A DNA stretch of 64,000 nt from a virus. The stretch is taken from IMG/VR virus record IMGVR_UViG_3300039355_000083. One strand, given 5' to 3'. A model generated the notes under the pieces. That model did not search any database and was not told where the DNA came from. It saw nothing but the letters and a program-made list of their open reading frames with translations. Positions within the stretch are counted from its first letter, which is position 1. Every line of letters begins with the position of its first letter. Made by a program: the position numbers and the translations under genes. Positions 45,882-55,671 of this stretch are shown here, piece after piece.

Positions 45882-46502
45882 ATGATTAGATGGAAAATAG
45901 AAAAATTTATTGTTGGCGATTATGTAAAATTAACCAATCTCCCTCAAGGTTACGAACGCCTTGAGGGAACTGAGGGAATCATCACGAACATTAATTGCGA
46001 ATTATATACAGTACATAATTCTGATTCTATGATTTTTGAAGTAGAAAAACAATATTTGACGCATTTATATAAATCAGAAGAGGAGAATGGACAAATGGCA
46101 AAATTAACAGGATATTATGCAGTAGCAGTAATTGAAGAAGTAACTTGTTGTTGTAAGAAAGACTATTATTATGCAGTCTTTGACGATGGCAATACATATA
46201 AAGCCGGAGACCAGGTTTTAGTAAGTGGTTGTAACAAAGATGTTCTGACAATTAAAGAAATTTTAACTGTGTCGGAAGCAGAAGTAAAATGCGCCAAGAA
46301 TATTACTGCAGAAATTATCTGTAGAGTTGATACATCTGCATATGACCAGCGTGTTGAAAATAGAAAGAAAGCTGAGAAGCTTAAAAAAGATATGGATGCA
46401 GTTATTAAGCAGATGGATGTAACAAAGAAATATGAAATGTATGCGGCTGAGAATCCGGAACTGGCGACCTTGCTTGATCAGTATAAAGAGTTAACGAAAT
46501 AA
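45882..46502 (+). CDS. hypothetical protein
   Basis: 206 aa ORF. Confidence 0.45.
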   Translation: MIRWKIEKFIVGDYVKLTNLPQGYERLEGTEGIITNINCELYTVHNSDSMIFEVEKQYLTHLYKSEEENGQMAKLTGYYAVAVIEEVTCCCKKDYYYAVFDDGNTYKAGDQVLVSGCNKDVLTIKEILTVSEAEVKCAKNITAEIICRVDTSAYDQRVENRKKAEKLKKDMDAVIKQMDVTKKYEMYAAENPELATLLDQYKELTK

Positions 46503-46641
46503 TGATTAAAACGATATTAAAAAATATTGTGTGTTTCATTATCAGTGGGATATGCATGAGCATTGTTCTGAATAATGTTGTTCCGGGTGGTTATTGGCCT
46601 TCTGCAATATCATTATTTATTTTAAGTGTTAACTACTTCAT

Positions 46642-47394
46642 TTGGGGATCACGGACATGATTTGGGTAACTGGAGATACGCATGGGGATTGGATCCATAG
46701 AGTTAATATGGATTCTTTTCCCGAACAGCGTGAGATGTCGAAGGACGATTATGTGATAATTCTTGGAGATTTTGGGATATGGAGAGATTCACCGCAGCAA
46801 AGGTGGTACCTGAATTGGCTTGAAGAGAAACATTTCACAACACTCTTTATTGACGGAAATCATGAGAATTACGATATATTAGATTCTTATCCGGTAGAAG
46901 AATGGCATGGTGGTAAGGTGCATTTTATTAAACCATCGATAATTCATCTTATGAGAGGACAGGTATTTGATATAGACGGATTAAAATTCTTTACCTTTGG
47001 AGGAGCTTCAAGTCATGATATTTCAGATGGAGTATTAGAGATTGACGATCCAAGAGTAAAAGAATGGAGGGATGATCCGGATAAAATGTACCGAATCAAT
47101 CATATTTCATGGTGGGAACGAGAAATGCCAAATCAAGAAGAGATGGATGAGGGTATAAAGAATCTGGCAGAACATGATAATAAAGTAGATTTTATCCTGA
47201 CACATTGTACAGCTTCTTCTACAGCAGCATTATTATCACATGGATTATATAAGCCAGATAAGTTAACTAATTATTTTGAAGAAATAAGGTGCAATGTTGA
47301 TTATAAGCGTTGGTTGTGTGGACATTACCACGACAATAAAGCAATAACAATAAAAGATATAGTTCTATATGAACAGATTGTGAGGATCGCATAA
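46642..47394 (+). CDS. calcineurin-like metallophosphoesterase
   Basis: Motifs 'GDTHGD', 'GDFGIW' and 'GNHE' of the binuclear metallophosphatase fold. Confidence 0.7.
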   Translation: MGITDMIWVTGDTHGDWIHRVNMDSFPEQREMSKDDYVIILGDFGIWRDSPQQRWYLNWLEEKHFTTLFIDGNHENYDILDSYPVEEWHGGKVHFIKPSIIHLMRGQVFDIDGLKFFTFGGASSHDISDGVLEIDDPRVKEWRDDPDKMYRINHISWWEREMPNQEEMDEGIKNLAEHDNKVDFILTHCTASSTAALLSHGLYKPDKLTNYFEEIRCNVDYKRWLCGHYHDNKAITIKDIVLYEQIVRIA

Positions 47395-47404
47395 TGATAT
47401 AGAT

Positions 47405-47854
47405 ATGTCAGAACTTACAGAAAGTGTTAAGGGATACATTGAAGGATTGCAAGATGTATTACAAAGAAAATATCAAATTTCAGAAGATAAGGCTTTAAAT
47501 ATGATTACTTCTTCTTATATTATGGATTCTCTTATAGATTACCCAGAGGAGACGTTACATGATGACATTGAAGCACATGCAGATAATATATATGAAGACC
47601 AAGTATCAAAAACAGAACGGTTATTGTTAGAGGCCGGATACGAGGGAACGATATTCTTTACAAATCCATCTTATGAAGATGCGTTTCTTGGTATTTCTTC
47701 TGATGATAGAGCAATATATGATTACGAAAAAATGGTTGAATCTTTAGTTAACCATGAGGATATGACAGAAGATGAGGCTAGAGAATTTATAGATTACAAT
47801 GCGACGTTCTATATTGAAGGTGGACCAATTATTTTGTATAGACTGGAGGAATAG
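47405..47854 (+). CDS. hypothetical acidic protein
   Basis: 149 aa ORF. Confidence 0.45.
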   Translation: MSELTESVKGYIEGLQDVLQRKYQISEDKALNMITSSYIMDSLIDYPEETLHDDIEAHADNIYEDQVSKTERLLLEAGYEGTIFFTNPSYEDAFLGISSDDRAIYDYEKMVESLVNHEDMTEDEAREFIDYNATFYIEGGPIILYRLEE

Positions 47855-47856
47855 TA

Positions 47857-48213
47857 ATGCCGGAACGTAACAGAGGGTATTTGAGAAAGCAAAGACTACG
47901 AAATATTGAACGTAGAAAAAAATTAATAAGTCAACGAGAACTTATGTATCATGGATATAAAACTTTGAACGATCCTGATTTTAAAGAGGGGATGTTACAT
48001 AAAGGACACAGTGGACGACTTGGCATGGGTGGAACTGCAGTAAAAACTAATACTCGTAAAGGACATGCTTCATATCGACATAAAGGTGCTTATGGTCCAG
48101 CAGATAATTATTCAAGACATGATAAGCAGCAAGTTGAAGATGGAGCACAGCAAATTAAAGAATGGGAGAATAAAAATGAAAAAAGAGAAAAAGAAAGTTC
48201 TGATTGTGATTGA
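47857..48213 (+). CDS. hypothetical basic protein
   Basis: 118 aa, K/R/H/G-rich. Confidence 0.4.
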   Translation: MPERNRGYLRKQRLRNIERRKKLISQRELMYHGYKTLNDPDFKEGMLHKGHSGRLGMGGTAVKTNTRKGHASYRHKGAYGPADNYSRHDKQQVEDGAQQIKEWENKNEKREKESSDCD

Positions 48214-48727
48214 TGTACAGAATGATTTTGTAACCGGTTCACTTGGTACACCGGAAGCCCAAGCTATTATTCCGAATGTAAAAGAGAAATTTGATGAATA
48301 TAAGAATAATAAGAACTATGTAATTCTTACAAAGGATACTCATCATTCAGATTACGCAGATACTTCAGAGGGCAGAAAACTTCCTGAACATTGTATGTAT
48401 GGTACTAAAGGTTGGGAAATTGTTGATGAACTTGATTATAAAAATCTCGATAGTTTTATGGTATGTTGTAAATCTACTTTTGGATTTGATGACTGGAATT
48501 GGGAAGAAATATTTAATACTACAGATGGTTCTTTATTAGATATTGAAATTATTGGCATATGCACAGATATCTGTGTTATTACGAACGCTCTTTTGATTAA
48601 AACTTATTATCCAGAGGCAAAAATCACAGTTGATGCATCATGCTGCGCAGGATCAACACCGGAAAAGCATAAAGCGGCTCTTGATGTAATGGAAAGCTGC
48701 CAGATTAATGTAATCAATAGAAATTAA
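48176..48727 (+). CDS. pncA: nicotinamidase/pyrazinamidase (isochorismatase fold)
   Basis: 'KKVLIVIDVQNDFVTGSLG' is the canonical PncA N-terminus (catalytic Asp). The Cys-containing C-terminus 'GICTDICV' is present. Start moved to the ATG with RBS GGGAGAA. Confidence 0.75.
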   Translation: MKKEKKKVLIVIDVQNDFVTGSLGTPEAQAIIPNVKEKFDEYKNNKNYVILTKDTHHSDYADTSEGRKLPEHCMYGTKGWEIVDELDYKNLDSFMVCCKSTFGFDDWNWEEIFNTTDGSLLDIEIIGICTDICVITNALLIKTYYPEAKITVDASCCAGSTPEKHKAALDVMESCQINVINRN

Positions 48728-48735
48728 ATTAAACA

Positions 48736-49374
48736 ATGGAGGGAATTAAAATGATGAATAATTTTATGAATGGAATGTTTGGAAAAATCGGTAGTGGAAT
48801 GTGCAAGTTATCCATGAGCGGTAATATTGCGGTAAAAACTTCTAATGGATATAAGAGTTACAATGTTAAATCCGGCAAGCTCACAAACTGTGGCAATTTC
48901 GTGTTTCCTGGAGTAGATGAAAACTTTTTCTTCGTCATTCCTACAAATAAGGTAACTAAAGGAGATATTATCCTTGTAAATGGCAAACCTAAGTGCGTCA
49001 TCGAAGCAGATAAAACAAAGATCACTGTAATTAATTATGAGGACTCTACAGTTGAAACAATCCTGCCGGAACGCCATGTATTTATGGGCAATACTTATTT
49101 CTATGGGAAAATTGTATCGATGTTCGGAAGTAATCTTGGAAAAGATAAGAATAGTGCAAACAAAATCTTTAAATATATGATGATGTCTCAGATGATGAAT
49201 GGAGCAGCCGGTACCGGAACTGGAACTGGAACGGACAACAATCCGATGAATGCTATGATGCCATTTATGATGATGAGTGGAGGTATGGGAGATGTATTTG
49301 ACGGTATGTTTGATTTTAGTATTGATGATACAGATGCAGAAGATAGTGAAGATGATTTAGAGGAGGATGAATAA
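48736..49374 (+). CDS. Met/Gly-rich protein with acidic tail
   Basis: 212 aa with M-rich low-complexity tracts ('MMMSQMMNGAAGTGTGTGTD...PFMMMSGGMG') and a D/E tail. Confidence 0.4.
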   Translation: MEGIKMMNNFMNGMFGKIGSGMCKLSMSGNIAVKTSNGYKSYNVKSGKLTNCGNFVFPGVDENFFFVIPTNKVTKGDIILVNGKPKCVIEADKTKITVINYEDSTVETILPERHVFMGNTYFYGKIVSMFGSNLGKDKNSANKIFKYMMMSQMMNGAAGTGTGTGTDNNPMNAMMPFMMMSGGMGDVFDGMFDFSIDDTDAEDSEDDLEEDE

Positions 49375-49376
49375 TT

Positions 49377-50276
49377 ATGGGATGTGGAAGTTGGGATACT
49401 AGAAGTTTTGTAAGTTATTCAACATCAAAAGGATATGACACTGATTCACGAGGAGTAGTTACAGGAAGTTATTCTAATCAGGAAATGTTTAAAGCAAAAA
49501 ATATTGATGCAGCACTCGATCCTAAAGGTGTTATTAGAGAATGTTGTGATAATGAAGAGCATCCGAATACTTTACCAGTTATTTTAGCTTTGGATGTCAC
49601 AGGATCTATGGGACAGACCGCAGTAGAAATTGCAAAAAGACTTAATGAAATCATGACAAAATTATATGGTCAGATTAAAGATGTAGAATTTATGATTATG
49701 GGTATTGGTGATTTAGCATATGATAATTATCCAATTCAGGCATCACAGTTTGAATCCGATATTAGAATTGCGGAGCAGCTTGATAAAATCTATTTTGAAT
49801 TTGGCGGCGGAGGTAATTGTTTCGAGTCATATACTGCTGCTTGGTATTTTGGATCTCGTCATACAAAACTTGATTGTTGGAATAGGGGTAAAAAAGGCGT
49901 AATTATCACAATTGGGGACGAACGTCTTAATCCGTACTTACCAGTATCAGGACGACGCTCTGGATTAGGAATTACAACTGGCGATACGCTTCAGGCCGAT
50001 GTAGAAACTAAAGATTTATATATGGAAACATCTGAGAAATTTGATATTTATCACATTAATGTAAATCATCGTGATGGATATGACCAGAGAGGAATAGTTG
50101 AGTCTTTTTCAGAGTATCTTGATGATAATCATTTTAGGACCATTAATCGTCTTGATGATATTGCAGATGAAATTGTAAAGATTGTAGTTGCGGCTGCAGA
50201 AAATAATGAACCTGTAGTAGTCTCATCCACTGTAATTTCTGCAGAGACAGATGAATCAGGAGCTATTGTTTGGTAA
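49377..50276 (+). CDS. von Willebrand factor A (vWA) domain protein
   Basis: MIDAS-like 'LALDVTGSMG' plus downstream 'GGGN' and 'TIGDE'. Confidence 0.6.
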   Translation: MGCGSWDTRSFVSYSTSKGYDTDSRGVVTGSYSNQEMFKAKNIDAALDPKGVIRECCDNEEHPNTLPVILALDVTGSMGQTAVEIAKRLNEIMTKLYGQIKDVEFMIMGIGDLAYDNYPIQASQFESDIRIAEQLDKIYFEFGGGGNCFESYTAAWYFGSRHTKLDCWNRGKKGVIITIGDERLNPYLPVSGRRSGLGITTGDTLQADVETKDLYMETSEKFDIYHINVNHRDGYDQRGIVESFSEYLDDNHFRTINRLDDIADEIVKIVVAAAENNEPVVVSSTVISAETDESGAIVW

Positions 50277-50288
50277 GGAGAATAACTT

Positions 50289-51392
50289 ATGAAAGATATA
50301 AAAATTGTCATCGGAGCAAACTTTGGTGACGAGGGCAAGGGCAAATTAACAGATTATTATACTAAAAATGCAGATAACTGTATCGTTGTGTGTTCAAATG
50401 GCGGTGCCCAGAGAGGACATACAGTATTAAAATCAGATGGAACCCGGCATGTCTTTCACCATTTCGGCTCTGGAACATTAAACGGAGCAGATACTTATTT
50501 ACCGGAGGATTTTATTTTAAATCCTCTGGTATTTAGGGAAGAATGGGAAGAGTTGAAGAAATTAGGATGGGAACCTTATGTGTACGTTCATGAACAATGT
50601 ATGATTACGAATCCTCTTGATATGATGGCAAATCAAATTATTGAGCGAAGTCGCGGTAATAATAAACACGGAAGTTGTGGAATGGGTATTTATAATACCA
50701 TTCAACGATATAAAAAGCATATTGATTCATATTCATTATCATGGACATATTATATGAACATGTTCAAAAACATGGGAATTACGTTATCTGAGCAGGAAGA
50801 AGAATTATTTCATCCCGTAAAAAATCCTGGGCTTCGAGACCATTACAATGAAGATCTTGATTTTATGATGTCTCATGTACATGTTGTAAATAATATTCAA
50901 TTACTACTTAATGGATACGACACCATTGTGTTTGAAAATGGTCAGGGGCTTCTTTTGGATCAAAATAATACTGAATATTACCCACATCTTACACCATCAA
51001 ATACTGGTATTAAGAATCCTGCCAGAATTATAAAGGCTATAAGATGGACTGATGAAATTAATATAGAAGCTTGTTATGTGACACGTACATATATGACGCG
51101 GCATGGAGCCGGTGCGTTCCCAACTGAATGTAATAAGGAAGAAATTAATCCGGACATCAAAGATTTAACCAATGTTCCAAATCCACATCAGGATACTTTG
51201 AGATATGGGAAGTTAAATGTTGAAGAACTATATGAAAGATGTCAAGCAGACATAATAAGTGCAGGTTTTCCGTGTCAAAAAACATTGGCTATAACTCATT
51301 TTAAAGAATATTGGGAGCCAGTTGCACTTATACGTGAAACGTTCAAGAAAAGTAACTGGGGATTTAGTATTTTTCATAAGGAAGAGAATTAA
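50289..51392 (+). CDS. short adenylosuccinate synthetase homolog (PurA-like; PurZ candidate)
   Basis: P-loop 'GANFGDEGKGK' and 'GGAQRGHT' match the PurA catalytic motifs. At 367 aa it is nearer archaeal-type PurA/PurZ than the ~430-aa bacterial PurA. Confidence 0.65.
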   Translation: MKDIKIVIGANFGDEGKGKLTDYYTKNADNCIVVCSNGGAQRGHTVLKSDGTRHVFHHFGSGTLNGADTYLPEDFILNPLVFREEWEELKKLGWEPYVYVHEQCMITNPLDMMANQIIERSRGNNKHGSCGMGIYNTIQRYKKHIDSYSLSWTYYMNMFKNMGITLSEQEEELFHPVKNPGLRDHYNEDLDFMMSHVHVVNNIQLLLNGYDTIVFENGQGLLLDQNNTEYYPHLTPSNTGIKNPARIIKAIRWTDEINIEACYVTRTYMTRHGAGAFPTECNKEEINPDIKDLTNVPNPHQDTLRYGKLNVEELYERCQADIISAGFPCQKTLAITHFKEYWEPVALIRETFKKSNWGFSIFHKEEN

Positions 51393-51667
51393 ATTGAATA
51401 AAGTAAAAGAACAAATTATGCAATTATCACAAAAACCAGAATGTATAGATTTAATGCTGCATGACGATTTAAAAGACGATTATTCTTTCAGAACAAATAT
51501 TCAAGATATAGCATCTTTACTGAGTGGGATATTAAATATTATGCAGCAAGCAAATCTTACTGATAAAGAGCTTGCCGAACTAGAACAATTATATAATGAA
51601 AGATATGAAACTAATAAGTCTGGATTGGGAACCAGTAACTGTATTACATGGTAGAAAGGTGATTTGA

Positions 51668-52471
51668 ATGATTAAATTAAACGACGTAGAAATCAAACTT
51701 GATAAATATCCGGATGGAACATTCTTATTTAAGGATATTCCTCCTATTGGCGGATGGCACAGAGATAATATTGAATGGTTCTTTGAATCAATGGAAGAGT
51801 TAACAGCAGTTGAATATATTACTAGATATTGTTGGGATCATAGAGTAGTGCCTAATTTATATATGCCTTATATCCCAGATGCACGTATGGACCGAGTTAA
51901 GCATAAGAACGAATTATTTACTTTAAAATATTTTGCTCAGACTATTAATTCATTACATTTTGGAAAAGTAGAAGTTTTAGATCCGCATTCTGATGTATCT
52001 GCCGCATTATTTAATAAAGTACATGTAGAATCCCCGAATCGAATGATTGAGGATGCTGTTAAGAAGATTGCGAGTAATAACCTTATGATGTTTTATCCGG
52101 ATGCGGGATCCATGAAGCGATATTCTTCAGCAGTACATCTTCCATATGCTTTCGGTATTAAGAATAGAGATTGGGAAACGGGAGAGATTAAAGGTTTAGA
52201 TTTATCAGGTGAAATTGATCAGTTACCAGGTAAAGATATCCTTATTGTAGATGATATTTGCAGCAGAGGCGGAACTTTTTATCACAGTGCTAAAAAACTG
52301 AAAGAGGCCGGTGTAGGTAAGATTTATCTTTATGTAACTCATTGTGAAAACACTATTTATGAAGGAGAACTTCTGAAAAATAATGGATTAATTGAGAAGA
52401 TTTATACGACAGATACGATTTTGACAAATCTGGAAAGTCCTAAGATTGAATTGGTTGAGAGGTTTAGATAA
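51668..52471 (+). CDS. ribose-phosphate pyrophosphokinase-like PRTase (Prs/Adps-like)
   Basis: PRPP-binding motif 'ILIVDDICSRGGT'. The 267-aa length is that of the short Prs-like enzymes that accompany phage NadV genes. Confidence 0.65.
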   Translation: MIKLNDVEIKLDKYPDGTFLFKDIPPIGGWHRDNIEWFFESMEELTAVEYITRYCWDHRVVPNLYMPYIPDARMDRVKHKNELFTLKYFAQTINSLHFGKVEVLDPHSDVSAALFNKVHVESPNRMIEDAVKKIASNNLMMFYPDAGSMKRYSSAVHLPYAFGIKNRDWETGEIKGLDLSGEIDQLPGKDILIVDDICSRGGTFYHSAKKLKEAGVGKIYLYVTHCENTIYEGELLKNNGLIEKIYTTDTILTNLESPKIELVERFR

Positions 52472-52519
52472 GGAGGAATATTATGAAACAAATTATTATT
52501 CCTTTAGGGTGGTGAGAAA

Positions 52520-52990
52520 ATGAAAGAAATTTTAGGAAATAATCTTGAACAATTCTTTTTTGTATTATTAGATTTATTAGATTACCAAAAAGAATGTGGA
52601 GCGATATGCACATACAAGAGTAATAGATATGAAGTTTGGTTAATGTATGATGAAACATTTAATAGGATCTCAGATATGTCAGAAGAAGAATTTGTTAAAT
52701 TCGCAGGTGAAGATGCTTGGTGGAGAAGTAGCAATGGTAGTGTATTATATTCACTTGATAAAGGAGAAATAACAATTAATCATAAGAAAATGATTGGATG
52801 GATTAGAAAACCTGGGGATGAAGAAATATCAACAGATATTGAATATTCATCATTAACAGAATATTTATGTGAATTTATTGGGGCTTCTACACCTCATAAT
52901 GTTGTTGCTTGTGCAATGGATTTGGGTAAATTTAATCATTTGACAATGGGTAGATTGTTTAAAAAATATGAACCAGTGGAGGATGAATGA
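52520..52990 (+). CDS. hypothetical protein
   Basis: 156 aa ORF. Confidence 0.45.
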   Translation: MKEILGNNLEQFFFVLLDLLDYQKECGAICTYKSNRYEVWLMYDETFNRISDMSEEEFVKFAGEDAWWRSSNGSVLYSLDKGEITINHKKMIGWIRKPGDEEISTDIEYSSLTEYLCEFIGASTPHNVVACAMDLGKFNHLTMGRLFKKYEPVEDE

Positions 52991-53285
52991 AGAAATGATG
53001 TTTACAGTTTGTAATGTTCCAAAGTTTTTAGAGGAACAGATGAATAAAATGAAAGACACTATTACGAGTGATATGAATGAAGATAATCTTAAAGGTTATG
53101 AGTATGCAGTTGAAACTATGTTAAGTATTATTAGACAGACAATTCATGCTGCCGAGATGGATGATGAAATTCTTGTGCATAGCGATAAGATTGCTGATGA
53201 GAACGATATTGAAGAGTTTGATTTACATGATTTGTTAGGACTTTATGGTTGTAGAGTTGTGGCACAGAAAGAATTTGAAGAATAA
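52968..53285 (+). CDS. hypothetical acidic protein
   Basis: 105 aa ORF. Confidence 0.4.
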   Translation: MNQWRMNEEMMFTVCNVPKFLEEQMNKMKDTITSDMNEDNLKGYEYAVETMLSIIRQTIHAAEMDDEILVHSDKIADENDIEEFDLHDLLGLYGCRVVAQKEFEE

Positions 53286-53363
53286 TACATGCAAAAAAGC
53301 AATCTTTTTTCGGAGAATCAATGTGAAATATGAAAGAATGCAAGAGGAATGGAGAAATAGTAT

Positions 53364-53705
53364 ATGAAAGCACAGATTTGCGAAACGTGTGTACATAAAC
53401 ATGATAGATGTTATTGCAGTCCGAATAGTACATGTGATAAGTATAAGAAAATTCAAATGGTAGAAAAGAAATCATGGGAAGAATTTAAGAATAACGGATT
53501 TCTCTGGTGGATTAATATGATTTTACATACATTCGGATGGGCGATTTGTGTAGATATCGAAGAAGACGGATCAGTTTCAAATGCTTATCCTGCCAGAGTA
53601 AAATTCAGAGGATTTGCAGAGAAGAATAATACAGATGGTTATATTAAAGTCAGTCAATATTTGAAAGACAATGTGGACGAGCTTGTAAAAGAAGCGAATG
53701 ATTAA
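53364..53705 (+). CDS. Cys-rich hypothetical protein
   Basis: 'CETCVHKHDRCYCSPNSTCDKY' N-terminus. Confidence 0.4.
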   Translation: MKAQICETCVHKHDRCYCSPNSTCDKYKKIQMVEKKSWEEFKNNGFLWWINMILHTFGWAICVDIEEDGSVSNAYPARVKFRGFAEKNNTDGYIKVSQYLKDNVDELVKEAND

Positions 53706-53714
53706 GGAGGAGTT

Positions 53715-55190
53715 ATGAATAATACTTTAGCAATTTTACTTTCAGATACATATAAACAAATTCATAATAAAATCTATCCAAAAGGATTAACAAAACTTGT
53801 TTCCTACTGGACTCCACGACGATCAATGCTTAAGAATCAGAACAAAATGGTTTTCTTTGGTTTACAAGCATTTATTGAAGAATATCTGGTTGACTATTTC
53901 AATGAAAATTTTTTCGAGCTAACAGCAGTAGAAGTTGAGCATACATATAAATACAGTATGGATATACAGTTAGGAAATAGTTATGACCTAGAGCCTATTA
54001 TGAAACTTTATAAATTAGGTTATCTTCCAATTCAGATACGTGCTATCCCGGAGGGAACATTAGTACCAATGGGCATTCCATGCATCGAGATTACAAACAC
54101 ACATCCAGATTTTGCTTGGGTAGTACAGTGGATAGAATGTATCCTGCAGGTTGAACTCTGGAAACCATGTGCTCATGCAACAATTAGTCATATGTATAGA
54201 GAACTTGCAAACAACTACTATAAAATGACTTGTGATGACTTTTTAAGACCTGAAATGGCATGCTCAGACTTTGGTATGAGAGGAATGTCTTGCATGGAAG
54301 AGGCAGTAAGATGTTCATCTGCTTGGTTATTATCATTTGATAAGACAAGTACAATTCCGGCCATTGATTATATAGATACGTATTATGATGCTTGCTGTTG
54401 GACTAAAAGAATCGGAATTGGTGCTGTATCAACAGAACATTCAGTTATGGCTTCAAATTATGCAGTAGACGGTGATGAAATCACATTTGTAAAAAGACTA
54501 CTTACGGAACTATATCCTAATGCATCTTTCAGTATGGTATCTGACACTTATGATTACTGGAATATGATTGATAATATTCTTCCGGCTTGTAAAAAAGAAA
54601 TCATGCAGCATAATGGTAAACTTCTGGTTCGTCCAGATTCCGGAGATATGGTAGAAATTGCTGTAGAGACAATTGAAAAGCTTTGGAATACATTCGGCGG
54701 AACAGTAAATAGCAAGGGATATAAAGTGCTTGATCCGCACATTGGAATTATTTATGGGGACGGATGTACTCTTAATAATGTAAAGCAGGTATGGGAAAAA
54801 CTGAAGAAAAAAGGATTTGCTGCAAACAATATCGTATTCGGAGTCGGAGCATTTTGCTTCTCAGCAGTTATAGAACCCGATGGACATATGGTTGTTGTAA
54901 CCAGAGATATGTTTGGTATTGCTATGAAAGCCACCTATGGAATTGTCAATGGCGAGCCAATTATGATCTATAAAGATCCAAAAACCGATACGAGTCATTT
55001 GAAAAAATCTCATAAAGGGTGTTGTTGTATATATTACGATGACAATGGAGAATTACAGTGTGAAGACGGGTATAATGATGTATTTCGTGACGGAGCGTTA
55101 AGTACCGTATTTGTAGATGGGAAAGCTTGCAATAAAGAAACATTTGAAGACATTAGAGAAAGATTAAACGGAGGAAACAAAGATGAGTAA
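53715..55190 (+). CDS. nadV: nicotinamide phosphoribosyltransferase (NAMPT/NadV-like type II PRTase)
   Basis: N-terminal 'ILLSDTYKQIHNKIYPKGLTKLVSYWTPR' parallels NAMPT 'ATDSYK...YP...VYSYFECR'. 491 aa. Confidence 0.7.
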   Translation: MNNTLAILLSDTYKQIHNKIYPKGLTKLVSYWTPRRSMLKNQNKMVFFGLQAFIEEYLVDYFNENFFELTAVEVEHTYKYSMDIQLGNSYDLEPIMKLYKLGYLPIQIRAIPEGTLVPMGIPCIEITNTHPDFAWVVQWIECILQVELWKPCAHATISHMYRELANNYYKMTCDDFLRPEMACSDFGMRGMSCMEEAVRCSSAWLLSFDKTSTIPAIDYIDTYYDACCWTKRIGIGAVSTEHSVMASNYAVDGDEITFVKRLLTELYPNASFSMVSDTYDYWNMIDNILPACKKEIMQHNGKLLVRPDSGDMVEIAVETIEKLWNTFGGTVNSKGYKVLDPHIGIIYGDGCTLNNVKQVWEKLKKKGFAANNIVFGVGAFCFSAVIEPDGHMVVVTRDMFGIAMKATYGIVNGEPIMIYKDPKTDTSHLKKSHKGCCCIYYDDNGELQCEDGYNDVFRDGALSTVFVDGKACNKETFEDIRERLNGGNKDE

Positions 55191-55656
55191 AATTACAGAT
55201 TATTTATTAAAAGATGATGTGATTGTAGTAATGGATGTAGATGGAGTACTTGCTCCGTATGAGTTCTCTGAATTAAGTCATAGTATGACTGATAATGAAT
55301 GGGATAGACTTGTAGCTTCCAGTGAGAATCCGTATAAAGATGTGCGTCCGATTAAATTAATGCAAGAGTTCATTCAAAAGAAAGGTATTGACAAAGTATA
55401 TGCTTGTTCAAAGAGTCCTTTCAGTGAGATCCCCGGCAAAAGAGCTTTTATCAAAGATAATTACGGCCTTCCGGATGATAATATCTATTTTACTTTAGAA
55501 AAGACAGAAAAACTTACTGTGCTTCAGACGCTGCAACAAAAGCTTGGGCTTAAGCCGTCTCAGATTGCAATTGTAGAGGATACAGTAAAAACTTTGGATT
55601 ATATTCGTGCACATAGTGATTTTGTAACTGTACACGTTTCATCATTTATGGAGTAA
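55183..55656 (+). CDS. HAD-superfamily 5'(3')-deoxyribonucleotidase-like phosphatase
   Basis: Motif I 'VVMDVDGVLAPYEF' (DxDGVL) resembles the NT5C family. Confidence 0.5.
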   Translation: MSKITDYLLKDDVIVVMDVDGVLAPYEFSELSHSMTDNEWDRLVASSENPYKDVRPIKLMQEFIQKKGIDKVYACSKSPFSEIPGKRAFIKDNYGLPDDNIYFTLEKTEKLTVLQTLQQKLGLKPSQIAIVEDTVKTLDYIRAHSDFVTVHVSSFME

Positions 55657-55671
55657 AGAGGAGTAAAGAGA

